This document shows, piece after piece, positions 21,171 to 30,686 of a stretch of DNA of 38,830 nt. Source of the stretch: a virus (taxonomy: Duplodnaviria > Caudoviricetes); the IMG/VR virus record IMGVR_UViG_3300047282_000491, positions 1 through 38,830 of that record. One strand, 5' to 3'. The notes beneath the pieces were generated by a model, which worked only from the letters and a program-made list of their open reading frames with translations, searched no databases and was not told the DNA's origin. The translations under genes were made by a program, and so were the position numbers. How positions within the stretch are numbered: the first letter of the stretch is position 1; the number at the start of each line of letters is the position of its first letter.

Positions 21171-21242
21171 GAAGTTAACCTCCTATTTCATGAAATAAAT
21201 ATATATATATTGTGGCTGGCTAGGCCCTTTCCTCTATGACTA

Positions 21243-21271
21243 ATTTTAGAGTATAATACAGCCTAAAGCAA
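21243..21271 (-). promoter_or_regulatory. Promoter for the major tail gene
   Basis: TTGCTT-17 nt-TAAAAT. Confidence 0.55.
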
Positions 21272-21272
21272 A

Positions 21273-21782
21273 CTAGGCAAATCTTCCGTTATTGTCTGTA
21301 ATCCTTGAATATTTTACCTCAAGAATTACGTCTGCTGCAAGAAATCCCTGTATTTCCTCGGAAGGTGCTGTAGGGGAGATGTCAGCTATAAATATGCTAT
21401 GAAATTTAAACTTATCTGATATGCCAGACCACCTATTTATATCCCTTGCCGATTGGTCTGTTCGCCTAAATTCATCTGTCATCATATTTCTGATCTCTAC
21501 AATATCTGAAATTTCCGTTGCATATATAGTAAATAGAATTTGTTCACAGCATATTAACCAATTGTCTTCATAAGATAAACCTATTTTATCATAAACTATA
21601 TGCTTCTTCCCGCTCAAAAATTGATTCATTTCTGGAGCCTGTTGAACTGGAATAATAGGAATTAAGGCTTCTTTTAAATTATCAGCATAATAATCATTGG
21701 CATCAAAGATGCTATTAGATTTTAATTTAGTCCACAAATACTTTCTTAATTCAAACATTGCATCTAGCTTATAGTTAGCCAT
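21273..21782 (-). CDS. Tail terminator / tail completion protein
   Basis: ORF immediately upstream of the major tail gene. Likely start is ATG 21782 (MANYKL), overlapping the previous gene end. The call is positional. Confidence 0.6.
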   Translation of the reverse strand: MANYKLDAMFELRKYLWTKLKSNSIFDANDYYADNLKEALIPIIPVQQAPEMNQFLSGKKHIVYDKIGLSYEDNWLICCEQILFTIYATEISDIVEIRNMMTDEFRRTDQSARDINRWSGISDKFKFHSIFIADISPTAPSEEIQGFLAADVILEVKYSRITDNNGRFA

Positions 21783-22566
21783 TAGATACCCCCGCAAAAG
21801 CCTTCAGAAGGGCCGCATCGGCCTCAGAAGCAATACTGTTAGGTGAAAACCTATAGTGGACTTTCTTAATTTGTACGGGCACATCAAGGGCTCTACTCAT
21901 ACTAGAATTAAATAAGTTTTGAAATCCAGACTTCTTAATTGATAAATTTACTAATTGTCCTGTAAAAAAATGCTTATATGCAAATAGAAATGAATTCTTT
22001 GTGGCAACTCCGCCTGGCTTTGTAACAGTAACTGATTGTCCTTTTGGCATAAATACAGTATATCCATTTATATCAAAAACTAATCTTTCTGCAAATCTTG
22101 GAGTAATTACAACAGTTTTTCCTTCTTCCATAATGGAAGCTTTTTTAACAAATACGTGACTTCTTTTTGAATTTTCAGATGGAACAAATGATCGTGAGTC
22201 CAATAATTCATAATTGATTTGAAATGATAATCCTAGTTGAGATATCTTATTTAACTTAAATAATCTAGATGTTCTTTCTCCAGCCTTGCCCCACTCATAA
22301 ACATGGTGAAAAGATTTAGGAGAAGTTCTAGCTTTAGCATCTATATATTTTCCAAAATCTTCATCTATTTGTTTATATAGTGTATTATTAAATGTATTTT
22401 GAAATGCTTTATTATCAGTTAGTTTAGCTAGGACATTTGTTTTATAAAATAATGCAGCAGATATTTGAGCTACAGTAGAATCTTTTATTGCACCACTTAC
22501 TGGCTGACCAGCCATTAGTTTAACTAGCCCGCTGGCAGCTTGTAGTGCAATTGCTTCAGAAGCCAA
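21775..22566 (-). CDS. Neck/tail completion protein (HK97 gp10-like position)
   Basis: 263 aa with an HHVYEWG motif, located between the head closure and tail terminator genes. Confidence 0.55.
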   Translation of the reverse strand: MASEAIALQAASGLVKLMAGQPVSGAIKDSTVAQISAALFYKTNVLAKLTDNKAFQNTFNNTLYKQIDEDFGKYIDAKARTSPKSFHHVYEWGKAGERTSRLFKLNKISQLGLSFQINYELLDSRSFVPSENSKRSHVFVKKASIMEEGKTVVITPRFAERLVFDINGYTVFMPKGQSVTVTKPGGVATKNSFLFAYKHFFTGQLVNLSIKKSGFQNLFNSSMSRALDVPVQIKKVHYRFSPNSIASEADAALLKAFAGVSNG

Positions 22567-22981
22567 TTTGCTGATTCTCCGATCTCTTTAGTGATGTGTT
22601 ATATCCAACTACAGACCCGAAAGGATCTGTTATTGGAGTAGACCCAACAATTTCAAAAATAGTTGGAGTATCATTTGGGTAATTCAATTCAATCCATATG
22701 GGATTACCTTCAGAGTCTTTAATGTTTCCAACTTTTTCTCTTTGTGTCAACCTTTCCATAGTTCTAACCTCAAGATACTGTTGATTTTCATATTTATTTG
22801 AAAAAACTTGCTTATCTAAATTTCTTGTAACATTTTGAGCAACAATTCCTCTTCCATAACATGGAATTGTTTTATAATACATAAATTGTCTTTTCATTAC
22901 GCCAGTATCTGGATCCTGTTCTTCTTCCTGCCTATACACATCCATTTTCATGGCTAGCAGTCCGTCTATTATGCTGAACAT
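22556..22981 (-). CDS. Head-to-tail stopper (head closure protein)
   Basis: 141 aa, beta-rich, directly after the adaptor gene. The call is positional. Confidence 0.65.
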   Translation of the reverse strand: MFSIIDGLLAMKMDVYRQEEEQDPDTGVMKRQFMYYKTIPCYGRGIVAQNVTRNLDKQVFSNKYENQQYLEVRTMERLTQREKVGNIKDSEGNPIWIELNYPNDTPTIFEIVGSTPITDPFGSVVGYNTSLKRSENQQIGF

Positions 22982-23964
22982 TAAACCACAACCATTTGTG
23001 TAACAACATAATCTAGCAGTAACTTATCTGCATATGCAGATCCAGTTCCACTAAAAGCGTCGGATGCAAATTCAAAATCCCAATCTGTTGTTGATATTTT
23101 ATTTACGTATCTATCTTTCCATACCCTGTCTTTTGAAAAATATGATTTCATAATTTCAATTGTTGCTTGCTCTATATCATCTGGAATATATTGCCATCCA
23201 AATCTTGCATAAACATCATAATGTTTTCCACGCTTAAATATATTTGCGCCATTTCCATTTATAGAAGGTGGAACCATGCCATTTGCTATATAAACACTAT
23301 CATCTACAAATGCAGTTTGATTTACTTTAACACCAAATCCACTTGTTGTTGGCTCTATAAGTAAACCTAAATTATTTATGTTATTTAAATTATCTACCCA
23401 TAATTCATCATTTTGATGCAATGTATGTATTTGATATACTTTTGATGGTAAAGGTAAAATATCAGAGTCATTACCCATTACTGTAAATTTATCATCGTAT
23501 AAATAAAATTTTTGTCCAGTAAAATATTCAACTTGCTTTCTGGCGTATTTTTCTGCCATTCGTAATTCATGATAAGATTTATAATTTGGGTCATTTGGAT
23601 CTGAACCTAATCCCAAATCTTCTATAGCTTCTTCTATAGATATATAAGGAGTTACAATATCAAGATAAGTGTAATGATAATAAGTTTGAGAGTTATATTC
23701 ATAAACCCATTGAAGTTTATATTTTCTATTTCTGTTGGCATATGTTGCTGGAAGAATTACATAAAAAACACCAACATCTGTATCTGATTGTAAAGCTGTA
23801 GTTGAAAATACAACTTGATCTGGATCAATTGCAGGAGATATCATTGGGTCTTCTGTAATATCAGTAAAATATACAACTACATCATCTTGTGGCTGTATAG
23901 CATCTCCATTTATATATAATTTTGTAGATACTGACGTATTTGTATTTTTATATATTTCTGCCAT
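22981..23964 (-). CDS. Head-to-tail adaptor with an N-terminal Ig-like extension
   Basis: 327 aa with ARKQVEYFTGQKF, FGWQYIPDDIEQATI and ADKLLLDY, the pattern of gp6/gp15-like adaptors. Confidence 0.75.
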   Translation of the reverse strand: MAEIYKNTNTSVSTKLYINGDAIQPQDDVVVYFTDITEDPMISPAIDPDQVVFSTTALQSDTDVGVFYVILPATYANRNRKYKLQWVYEYNSQTYYHYTYLDIVTPYISIEEAIEDLGLGSDPNDPNYKSYHELRMAEKYARKQVEYFTGQKFYLYDDKFTVMGNDSDILPLPSKVYQIHTLHQNDELWVDNLNNINNLGLLIEPTTSGFGVKVNQTAFVDDSVYIANGMVPPSINGNGANIFKRGKHYDVYARFGWQYIPDDIEQATIEIMKSYFSKDRVWKDRYVNKISTTDWDFEFASDAFSGTGSAYADKLLLDYVVTQMVVV

Positions 23965-23973
23965 TTATAAGGC

Positions 23974-24369
23974 TTAGTTGTAGTACTCCTGTACCTCTCT
24001 TGGCGAAGCCAATCTAAACCCTTCCTCCTTGTCAAAAATTTGCTGTGCCTTTTCACTTGGCATTGCAACAAACGGATGATCTTTAGTAAATGTAAAACCT
24101 AAAACATCATATCTGTAATTATTTCTAGTCATTCTTACAAGAACAGCATCCTTATCAACTTCTTGATTTGGATCAAATTTTGGAAGAACTTCTACTTCTT
24201 CTTTATTATCTTCAATATTCTTAATTGTATTTTGATATACTGACCACGTAACGCCTTCTTCTGCTAATGCTGCGATAACGTCTGCTTTATTCTTTAGTCC
24301 TTCAGTATCTACGGCAAAGTCGTCTGCAATTTGCTTTAACTCTTTTACCTTTAACGTGTCAAATGACAT
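23974..24369 (-). CDS. Hypothetical head-associated protein with an N-terminal Rho-N/HeH-like helical motif
   Basis: 131 aa beginning LKVKELKQIADDFAV..LKNKADVIAAL, with an AAGGAG SD. Confidence 0.6.
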   Translation of the reverse strand: MSFDTLKVKELKQIADDFAVDTEGLKNKADVIAALAEEGVTWSVYQNTIKNIEDNKEEVEVLPKFDPNQEVDKDAVLVRMTRNNYRYDVLGFTFTKDHPFVAMPSEKAQQIFDKEEGFRLASPREVQEYYN

Positions 24370-24396
24370 ATTATCTCCTTAATATTAGGTCTATTA

Positions 24397-24405
24397 ATTA
24401 TAGCA
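24397..24405 (-). promoter_or_regulatory. Extended -10 promoter for the connector genes
   Basis: TGCTATAAT just downstream of the capsid terminator. Confidence 0.55.
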
Positions 24406-24421
24406 TTAGTGGATTCAAAGT

Positions 24422-24455
24422 AAAAGCCCCCAAAAATTAATTTGGGGGCTTTTTT
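24422..24455. terminator. Intrinsic (potentially bidirectional) terminator after the major capsid gene
   Basis: AAAAGCCCCCAAA-aattaa-TTTGGGGGCTTTT inverted repeat with T tracts on both strands. Confidence 0.9.
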
Positions 24456-24475
24456 GCAGTTTAATTCCTATTTAA

Positions 24476-25510
24476 TTAGGAAGCAACCTTAACGTTCTTA
24501 ACAACGACCCAAGCATCTGCTTGTTCAATTTGGCATCCAACACGAGTATACATTGTATATTCGATGGAGTCCTTCTTTGGCCAGAAGAAACGATAGACAG
24601 TGACATCACGCTTGATACCAATAACAACGTTATTTGGGAATGTCAAGTGGATATCGCCCTGATCTGAATCAGCGCCCTGAGTTTCCTTAAGCAAAGGAAC
24701 CTCAACAATCGGAATACCGAATGCGAATGGAGCTGTGAATCCTGCTGGGCCACCAAGACCTGCTGTATCTCCACGGATAATGCTTGCTGCAATATCTTGT
24801 GGGTTTACGTTCTGGATATTTTGTGATGTTGAATACAAATAATCCTGAATTAGGTTTGATCCAGAAAGGAAGCGAAGGTCTGGACGACGTTGCTTGTACT
24901 TTCTTGGAAGTGCCTTGAGAGCATTATTGAAGACTTCACGTGAGATGTTAGCGCCATCGGCGTCAACAACGTGACCGTTTGCCTTTGCAATCTTTACAAT
25001 GCCATCAAAAGCCTTGTATAGATTATCAGATGAGAGAGATGTATCACCATTAAGAACTACATCTTCAAGATCATTACCAGCCTGTGTTGCCATCAGACGT
25101 GCAATGTGATCTTCTAGATCGGCACCTTCGATATTGTCTTCGAGAGACTCTGTTGAAAGTTCCCAATCAAGACGTAGCTTCTTGGTTGTAAGAGAGATCT
25201 TTGAGAATTGTACGGCAGCGTTTGTGCCAGTATTCTCAGCTTCAGAAGCAAGCTTCATAAGCTTCTCACCTACGCCAATACGATCAATCTCAGTCGTATC
25301 AGCTCGCATGCGAACTGTACGTGCTAATTTACCGACTACTGTTGCATCGAACATATAATCGAGGAATCGTGCAGACTGCTCTGGATTTAGGAGACCACCT
25401 TTACCTTCGGATCCAACGTGGATACCGTCGGTGGGATCTGCTGCTCCAACCATGCTACCTGTCATGGTAGTATCGGCTGCTGCTGCTTTAGCTAATAGTT
25501 CATTACTCAT
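24476..25510 (-). CDS. Major capsid protein (HK97 fold)
   Basis: 344 aa with GGLLNPEQSARF, ESLEDNIEG, GNDLEDVVLNGD and FGIPIVEVP. It has an AGGTG SD and is followed by a terminator. Confidence 0.95.
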   Translation of the reverse strand: MSNELLAKAAAADTTMTGSMVGAADPTDGIHVGSEGKGGLLNPEQSARFLDYMFDATVVGKLARTVRMRADTTEIDRIGVGEKLMKLASEAENTGTNAAVQFSKISLTTKKLRLDWELSTESLEDNIEGADLEDHIARLMATQAGNDLEDVVLNGDTSLSSDNLYKAFDGIVKIAKANGHVVDADGANISREVFNNALKALPRKYKQRRPDLRFLSGSNLIQDYLYSTSQNIQNVNPQDIAASIIRGDTAGLGGPAGFTAPFAFGIPIVEVPLLKETQGADSDQGDIHLTFPNNVVIGIKRDVTVYRFFWPKKDSIEYTMYTRVGCQIEQADAWVVVKNVKVAS

Positions 25511-25528
25511 TAGTTATTTTCACCTACC

Positions 25529-26869
25529 TTATTTTATCAATTCACTAACGGAACCGAGGAAAGTGCCGTTCCATTTTGATTTTTTTATTGTTACTTCCCG
25601 TGACCCGCCAAGGTCAGAGGACTTCTTAATTGCAGTCTCAGATTCGACTGCGTCCACTCTCTTTTCTACACCTTCAATAGTATTTTTAATTGATTCTACT
25701 GCGGTAGAGAGTGCTGTATGCTTTTCTGCTAATTCTGAAATTCTAGCATCTACGCCCTTACTAAATGTTTCAACAGTTTCTTTAATTGCTGAAACCTGAG
25801 CGGCATTTGCCTCAGAGGCCTTTTCCAAAGTCTCCGAGAAGAAGCCTTTAAGGTCGCCTAGCATTTTTGCAAAATCAGGTTCTACAACCTCTGTTGCTTC
25901 GGCTGCTGTTTCCAGAACTTCGGCAGAAGTGTTTTCTTCTGTAGAGACTACTTCTTCAGACTTTTCTACTTCAGCTACTGGTGCAACAACTTCTGCTTCA
26001 GCCTGAGCTGTAGCTTCCTGTCCTGGCACACGTAACTTTTCAACAGTCTCTTCGGTAGCTGTTGTGGTTTCTAAATTTTCCACTTCATTACCTCCTTCTG
26101 CGTTTGCCTGTTTTGCAATTTTTACATCAGGCAACGTGTTTAATCTTGACTTGTATAAATCAAGAATCTTATCTATTTCTTTTGCTTTGTTTGTATCATT
26201 TGATTCCACCCAACCAATAAGTTCTGTTTTCTTACCTGTTACTGGTGAAATATACTCAGCTTCTGTTGACATAAATACAGAATCGCTATCTGCACAATAA
26301 AAAATATTTTCCATTTTGACATCTGCAGCAATGCCTTTGAAAATCATTTGACCATTGACTTTTTCAATTGACAATATGTTGCATAATTCATTTGCTGGAG
26401 AATCTACTATTGATAGTTCAACAAGTGAGTAATCCTTAATAAAGCGAACAGATTCTCCCGTTGCTTTGTTCATTTCTGTTTCTGAATCTATAATTTTTCC
26501 GCCGATTGAAAATCCTTGTAATGTTCCGTCTAATACTTTTTCCCAAGTATCCTGTGCGCCTTTTGATATATAAGCATCTACATAAACGCCATTGTAAAAT
26601 TCTTTTGATTTTGGATCATAGTATGTTTCTGGTCTAAATGAAACAACTTTACCAACTGCAGTTGGCTGATGCATTTCTCTTAAGTTGCCACGGAAATTTT
26701 CAAAAGCTTTCATACTTGCTTCCATCGTGACAACATCACCAGTCTGGTCAAGGTTGTCTAATGTTGCGAACCCTGAGACTGTTCTTTTTTCTCTGTTGAC
26801 CTTCGTAAAAGGAACTGCTAAATTAATAACATTTCCCTCAGAAGACCAATGTGATTTTTCAATGGTCAT
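25529..26869 (-). CDS. Prohead maturation serine protease fused to a C-terminal scaffold region
   Basis: LREMH, GFSIGG and ELSIVDSPAN are the catalytic motifs of HK97-type prohead proteases. The C-terminal half is acidic and coiled-coil-like. Confidence 0.9.
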   Translation of the reverse strand: MTIEKSHWSSEGNVINLAVPFTKVNREKRTVSGFATLDNLDQTGDVVTMEASMKAFENFRGNLREMHQPTAVGKVVSFRPETYYDPKSKEFYNGVYVDAYISKGAQDTWEKVLDGTLQGFSIGGKIIDSETEMNKATGESVRFIKDYSLVELSIVDSPANELCNILSIEKVNGQMIFKGIAADVKMENIFYCADSDSVFMSTEAEYISPVTGKKTELIGWVESNDTNKAKEIDKILDLYKSRLNTLPDVKIAKQANAEGGNEVENLETTTATEETVEKLRVPGQEATAQAEAEVVAPVAEVEKSEEVVSTEENTSAEVLETAAEATEVVEPDFAKMLGDLKGFFSETLEKASEANAAQVSAIKETVETFSKGVDARISELAEKHTALSTAVESIKNTIEGVEKRVDAVESETAIKKSSDLGGSREVTIKKSKWNGTFLGSVSELIK

Positions 26870-26877
26870 ATGTGTAT

Positions 26878-26906
26878 ATTATAGGCTTTTATATATCTAA
26901 AGGCAA
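26878..26906 (-). promoter_or_regulatory. Promoter for protease-capsid genes (near-leaderless)
   Basis: TTGCCT-17 nt-TATAAT, with the ATG 8 nt after the -10. Confidence 0.65.
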
Positions 26907-26924
26907 ATAAGTAGTTGAGTAGGA

Positions 26925-28505
26925 CTACTCAACCTGTCTGCCGTCGCCTTTTGCATTTCTGCCTTCCCCTGAATTATCTGGAGAATTTGCAGATCTATTT
27001 TGATCTCTTTCACGACTTTGCATTGCTTGAGCTTTAATTTCAGCAGCCTGTGCCTGTAAATCAACTGGCTTATCGCCACCCTCCCGTGGTACTAATCCCA
27101 TTCTTAATCTAATTTCATTAGGGGTCATTACCTGGAATCTTAAATATCTTTCATCAATTTTGGACTGAGTATCAGAATCTGTCAAACTTAATTCATTAAA
27201 TTTAAGTTGAAGGGCGTCTGTCATTTCCATAATAATTCTATTTAATTTCTTTTCTAGAATATCTTGTGCTGGGGCACATACTTGCTCTTTAAATGTTTTA
27301 TCTGCATCCCTAGCATTTGCCAAAGATATTCCTGTAGCTGTTCCAATTTTATTTATTGGAACACGATGGGCCATCAATATCTCATCTCTATTTGATTGAC
27401 GATATATATTAAATGAGGATTCTTGAGCACCTGCTTCAATTGGCTCCATTTTAAATTCAGTTTTTGAATCTGGTGAATCTGGAGGAAGCGGTATATATAA
27501 AGACCTATGATTTTTACCACGAAGTCCCACCTGGAAAAACTCTAATAATTTACGCTCAGATTCAGGAGATAATTTTGCTCCCTTAACAGTAATAATATAT
27601 CTAGGGACAGCCTTATTTTCAAAATAATCTAAGTTATATTTACCAGCAAATTCATTTCCAGCCATAGCGCTTTGTGCAGCTATGATATCTGGAATTCCAT
27701 AATAATTATTTTTTGGAGTATATTTTTTAAGATGAATAATTTCATTAGGTCTATCAGTAGCACCAGCTATTGGGTTTGCAGTTTCTTGATCTCCAAAATT
27801 ACGGAAAAATACTGCCTTGCCATAAAGCAATTGAACGAAACCATCTCTTAAGCGTCTAACACGCATGGTCTTTGAAGGTATATGTCCTATATAACCTATT
27901 TTGCCAGCAGTTGTTCTACCTATTTCTAGGTATCCATTTCCTGTTGCTTCTACATCTGTATAGAATTTAATCAATGTTTCTTTAAATGTTTCTTCTTCAT
28001 TACAATCTTCAAGCCATTCATGTAAATCTTGTTTAATTCTAGAAAGTTTTCTACGGGCACGTTCTAATTGTTTTTCATCTTCGATACCGTCTAATAAATC
28101 GTTTGTCTTTTTTGTTTCTACAAAATCAAATCCTAGACCAACAATGTTGGCTACTTTAGCATTAATTGCAGCATAGTTATATGGAGATATTTCATATATT
28201 GTAGATAAATAGTCTAAATTATATTCTGGCATAACAAGATCAAATAGTGCGTATCCGCTAACTGCCTGTTGTATTAATAACTGTTGAGTTCCAGATCCTT
28301 CTGTCCCAACAAACTTCTTTTGTATATCCCTACTTACTCTTCTTCTAACTGCTGGACTTAAACCAGATAACTTTAATATGTCTTCGCCTTCAATAGAGAA
28401 TGGATCCTGATTATTATTAATAGATGGGGAATTAAACTTCATCCAATCTGCGACATTGGATATCTCTATATCCTGACTTGGAATATCTTCTTCGTATTCA
28501 ATCAT
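26925..28505 (-). CDS. Portal protein (PBSX/HK97 family)
   Basis: DVEATGNGYLEI, EIIHLK..YYGIPD, YFENKAVP, ILMAHRVP and MTPNEIRLRMGL motifs. Likely start is ATG 28505 in an ATGA overlap. Confidence 0.95.
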   Translation of the reverse strand: MIEYEEDIPSQDIEISNVADWMKFNSPSINNNQDPFSIEGEDILKLSGLSPAVRRRVSRDIQKKFVGTEGSGTQQLLIQQAVSGYALFDLVMPEYNLDYLSTIYEISPYNYAAINAKVANIVGLGFDFVETKKTNDLLDGIEDEKQLERARRKLSRIKQDLHEWLEDCNEEETFKETLIKFYTDVEATGNGYLEIGRTTAGKIGYIGHIPSKTMRVRRLRDGFVQLLYGKAVFFRNFGDQETANPIAGATDRPNEIIHLKKYTPKNNYYGIPDIIAAQSAMAGNEFAGKYNLDYFENKAVPRYIITVKGAKLSPESERKLLEFFQVGLRGKNHRSLYIPLPPDSPDSKTEFKMEPIEAGAQESSFNIYRQSNRDEILMAHRVPINKIGTATGISLANARDADKTFKEQVCAPAQDILEKKLNRIIMEMTDALQLKFNELSLTDSDTQSKIDERYLRFQVMTPNEIRLRMGLVPREGGDKPVDLQAQAAEIKAQAMQSRERDQNRSANSPDNSGEGRNAKGDGRQVE

Positions 28506-28840
28506 TTTTTGCCCCATTTTTTAACTTCATCTTTATATACGCCAATATCTAATTCATCTGGCACTAATCCTAAAGCCAATCTAGTTTTTTGACGCTGAAA
28601 TTCCTCATCATCAATTTGTCTACTGCCTTCAAGGAATTTTGGTTGTCCTTCTTCAATTCCATAGCTTCTTACAGCCTTAGCTAATAAATCTATTCTTGAT
28701 AAATCACCACGCATGGACTGAATTGATAAAAAATTCTGATCATCATCGCCTATCCAGCGCCCGTCTGGCATTTCCCAAACATAAACTCCAAGTCTGGTTT
28801 CACCAGTCTTTATTTTTGATCCAAGTTTTTTAATTTCCAT
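28502..28840 (-). CDS. Hypothetical protein upstream of portal
   Basis: 112-aa ORF (GVYVWEMPDGRW..GLVPDELD) coupled to the portal gene, with its own promoter. Confidence 0.75.
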   Translation of the reverse strand: MEIKKLGSKIKTGETRLGVYVWEMPDGRWIGDDDQNFLSIQSMRGDLSRIDLLAKAVRSYGIEEGQPKFLEGSRQIDDEEFQRQKTRLALGLVPDELDIGVYKDEVKKWGKK

Positions 28841-28848
28841 AGGTTACT

Positions 28849-28877
28849 ATTTTACCACTTTCATGGTCTTAAGTCTA
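28849..28877 (-). promoter_or_regulatory. Promoter for the portal operon (near-leaderless)
   Basis: TAGACT-17 nt-TAAAAT with a TGn extension, and the ATG 8 nt downstream. Confidence 0.6.
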
Positions 28878-28902
28878 GGCTTTTGCCATGCTCTTGACAA
28901 AA

Positions 28903-30642
28903 CTATAGGTTATTAAGCAATATTCTGTCTCTGGAATAGGTCTTTACAACCTCTTCTGTCAATTCAATTGACGAATCTTCTACTGAAGTAATATCTCTTC
29001 CAATATACATATTATAGTGTTTATAGTGATCAATATTATTGTTTTCATAGAGAGCTATATTATTATATGAATTGTCTGATAATGCCCCAATTTTTAGACC
29101 GCCGTCAACTTTTGCATTAAGCCAAATTTTGCCAGTTACGCTGTTTGAAAATTTAGCTAAAATATAATTTGGCTCATTTTCATATATATAAGAAGATATG
29201 TTTGTACTTAATGAAACGTCTACTCCATTAATATATAAATTAGATATATTTAATTTAGATATAGCCCCATATCCTGATATTTGCAAACTATATTCAACAT
29301 CATCAGTTTTGTTGTATATTAAATATCCATTTAATACTGAGCTAGGGGTCAATATAAATTCTATATAATTAGTGTCTCTGTTAGTTTCAACATAAAAGCC
29401 AGACGAATCTGTTGTTACACCAGCACCTTTATGTCTATGCAAAATGTTATTATCTATTGATCCAAAGTTTATATTCCAGGATTGATCTGTAGATAAAATT
29501 GCAGGACTATTGTGAGAAAATATTTTTTTCTCAGTATAAAAATCTATTCCCAAATAATATAATTCTGGTATATACACAGAAGAATCATTTGAGGTAAAGA
29601 CAACCTTAATATAAATTATTTTTTCTTCTGAAAAATCTGAAATAGAAAATCCTGGCAGCTCTTTGCCATTTGTGCATTCTTGCCAATTTAATTCATCTAG
29701 GGAAACAAAAACAGAAATACCTTCAGTTGCAGACCATTCTATTCTAGAAGAAATAAATTGCTTCCAATATACTAAAGATATTATTTCTGTAAATTCTGCT
29801 GAGGAAGATGATTGGTTTAAATAAATACTTTTTGTTTCTGACCTATAAAGTAAATTATCGTTTAAAAAATATTGCCAACTTTTTTGAACGGGATATATAT
29901 ATTTTTCTGTTATGTTTTGATGTCTATCTGTTATTTTAAATAATTCTCCGCCGTCTGGATTAACAATTTCAATTTCTGATCCTGTCATAGAACCAAGATA
30001 GTGATTTAAAATTTGTTCTTTATTTAAAGCATATCTATAAATTGCAGCACAATCTACCAGGTAGTATTCTAATCCATTTGTAGGTCCACAGCTTAAAGTA
30101 AGTGAATTTATATTATTAAAACTTTTAATATTTACACTTGAAGATGCAACAAGATTTCCGTCTAAAAATAAATTAATTGAATTAACTGTATATGTGCCGA
30201 CAACATGTATAGATCTATCCTTATCTGGAACTGAATAATATATTTGATTGTCACCTAATTTAAATACTATATTACCATTGTCATAATATAATCCACACTT
30301 GTCTTCTACTTCAGAAAATATTCTAGTTTCTGAAGTTAATGTTTTAGGATTAAACCAAATTTCTAGTGAGAAATCGTTGTCTTCTGTTCCATTAATTAAT
30401 ATTCCGCCATTATTAGATTGACCATAAAAATCTTTATCTACATCGAACTCTATATAATTTAAAGAATTAATTTTTAAAGAATGTGTTCCTCCACTTGTAA
30501 TTGGCATGGAAGACTTATCTATTGTGCCGAAATAGGTGCCATTATTTTCGCAACCAGAAGAGTCGTAAGCTATTTGACCCGTATGTTCATCTAGCTTCCA
30601 AAACCCAGAGGGTCTGTCTTTTATTACTTGATAGTATGGCAT
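28903..30642 (-). CDS. LamG/concanavalin A-like domain virion protein
   Basis: PSGFWKLDE..AYDSSG..NNGTY, FSLEIWF, HVVGTY..LFLDG and AIYRYAL..QILNHY form a LamG-like signature. Confidence 0.85.
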   Translation of the reverse strand: MPYYQVIKDRPSGFWKLDEHTGQIAYDSSGCENNGTYFGTIDKSSMPITSGGTHSLKINSLNYIEFDVDKDFYGQSNNGGILINGTEDNDFSLEIWFNPKTLTSETRIFSEVEDKCGLYYDNGNIVFKLGDNQIYYSVPDKDRSIHVVGTYTVNSINLFLDGNLVASSSVNIKSFNNINSLTLSCGPTNGLEYYLVDCAAIYRYALNKEQILNHYLGSMTGSEIEIVNPDGGELFKITDRHQNITEKYIYPVQKSWQYFLNDNLLYRSETKSIYLNQSSSSAEFTEIISLVYWKQFISSRIEWSATEGISVFVSLDELNWQECTNGKELPGFSISDFSEEKIIYIKVVFTSNDSSVYIPELYYLGIDFYTEKKIFSHNSPAILSTDQSWNINFGSIDNNILHRHKGAGVTTDSSGFYVETNRDTNYIEFILTPSSVLNGYLIYNKTDDVEYSLQISGYGAISKLNISNLYINGVDVSLSTNISSYIYENEPNYILAKFSNSVTGKIWLNAKVDGGLKIGALSDNSYNNIALYENNNIDHYKHYNMYIGRDITSVEDSSIELTEEVVKTYSRDRILLNNL

Positions 30643-30686
30643 ATTTAAATTATATCAGATTTAAGGTTATACACAGTAAATACCTA

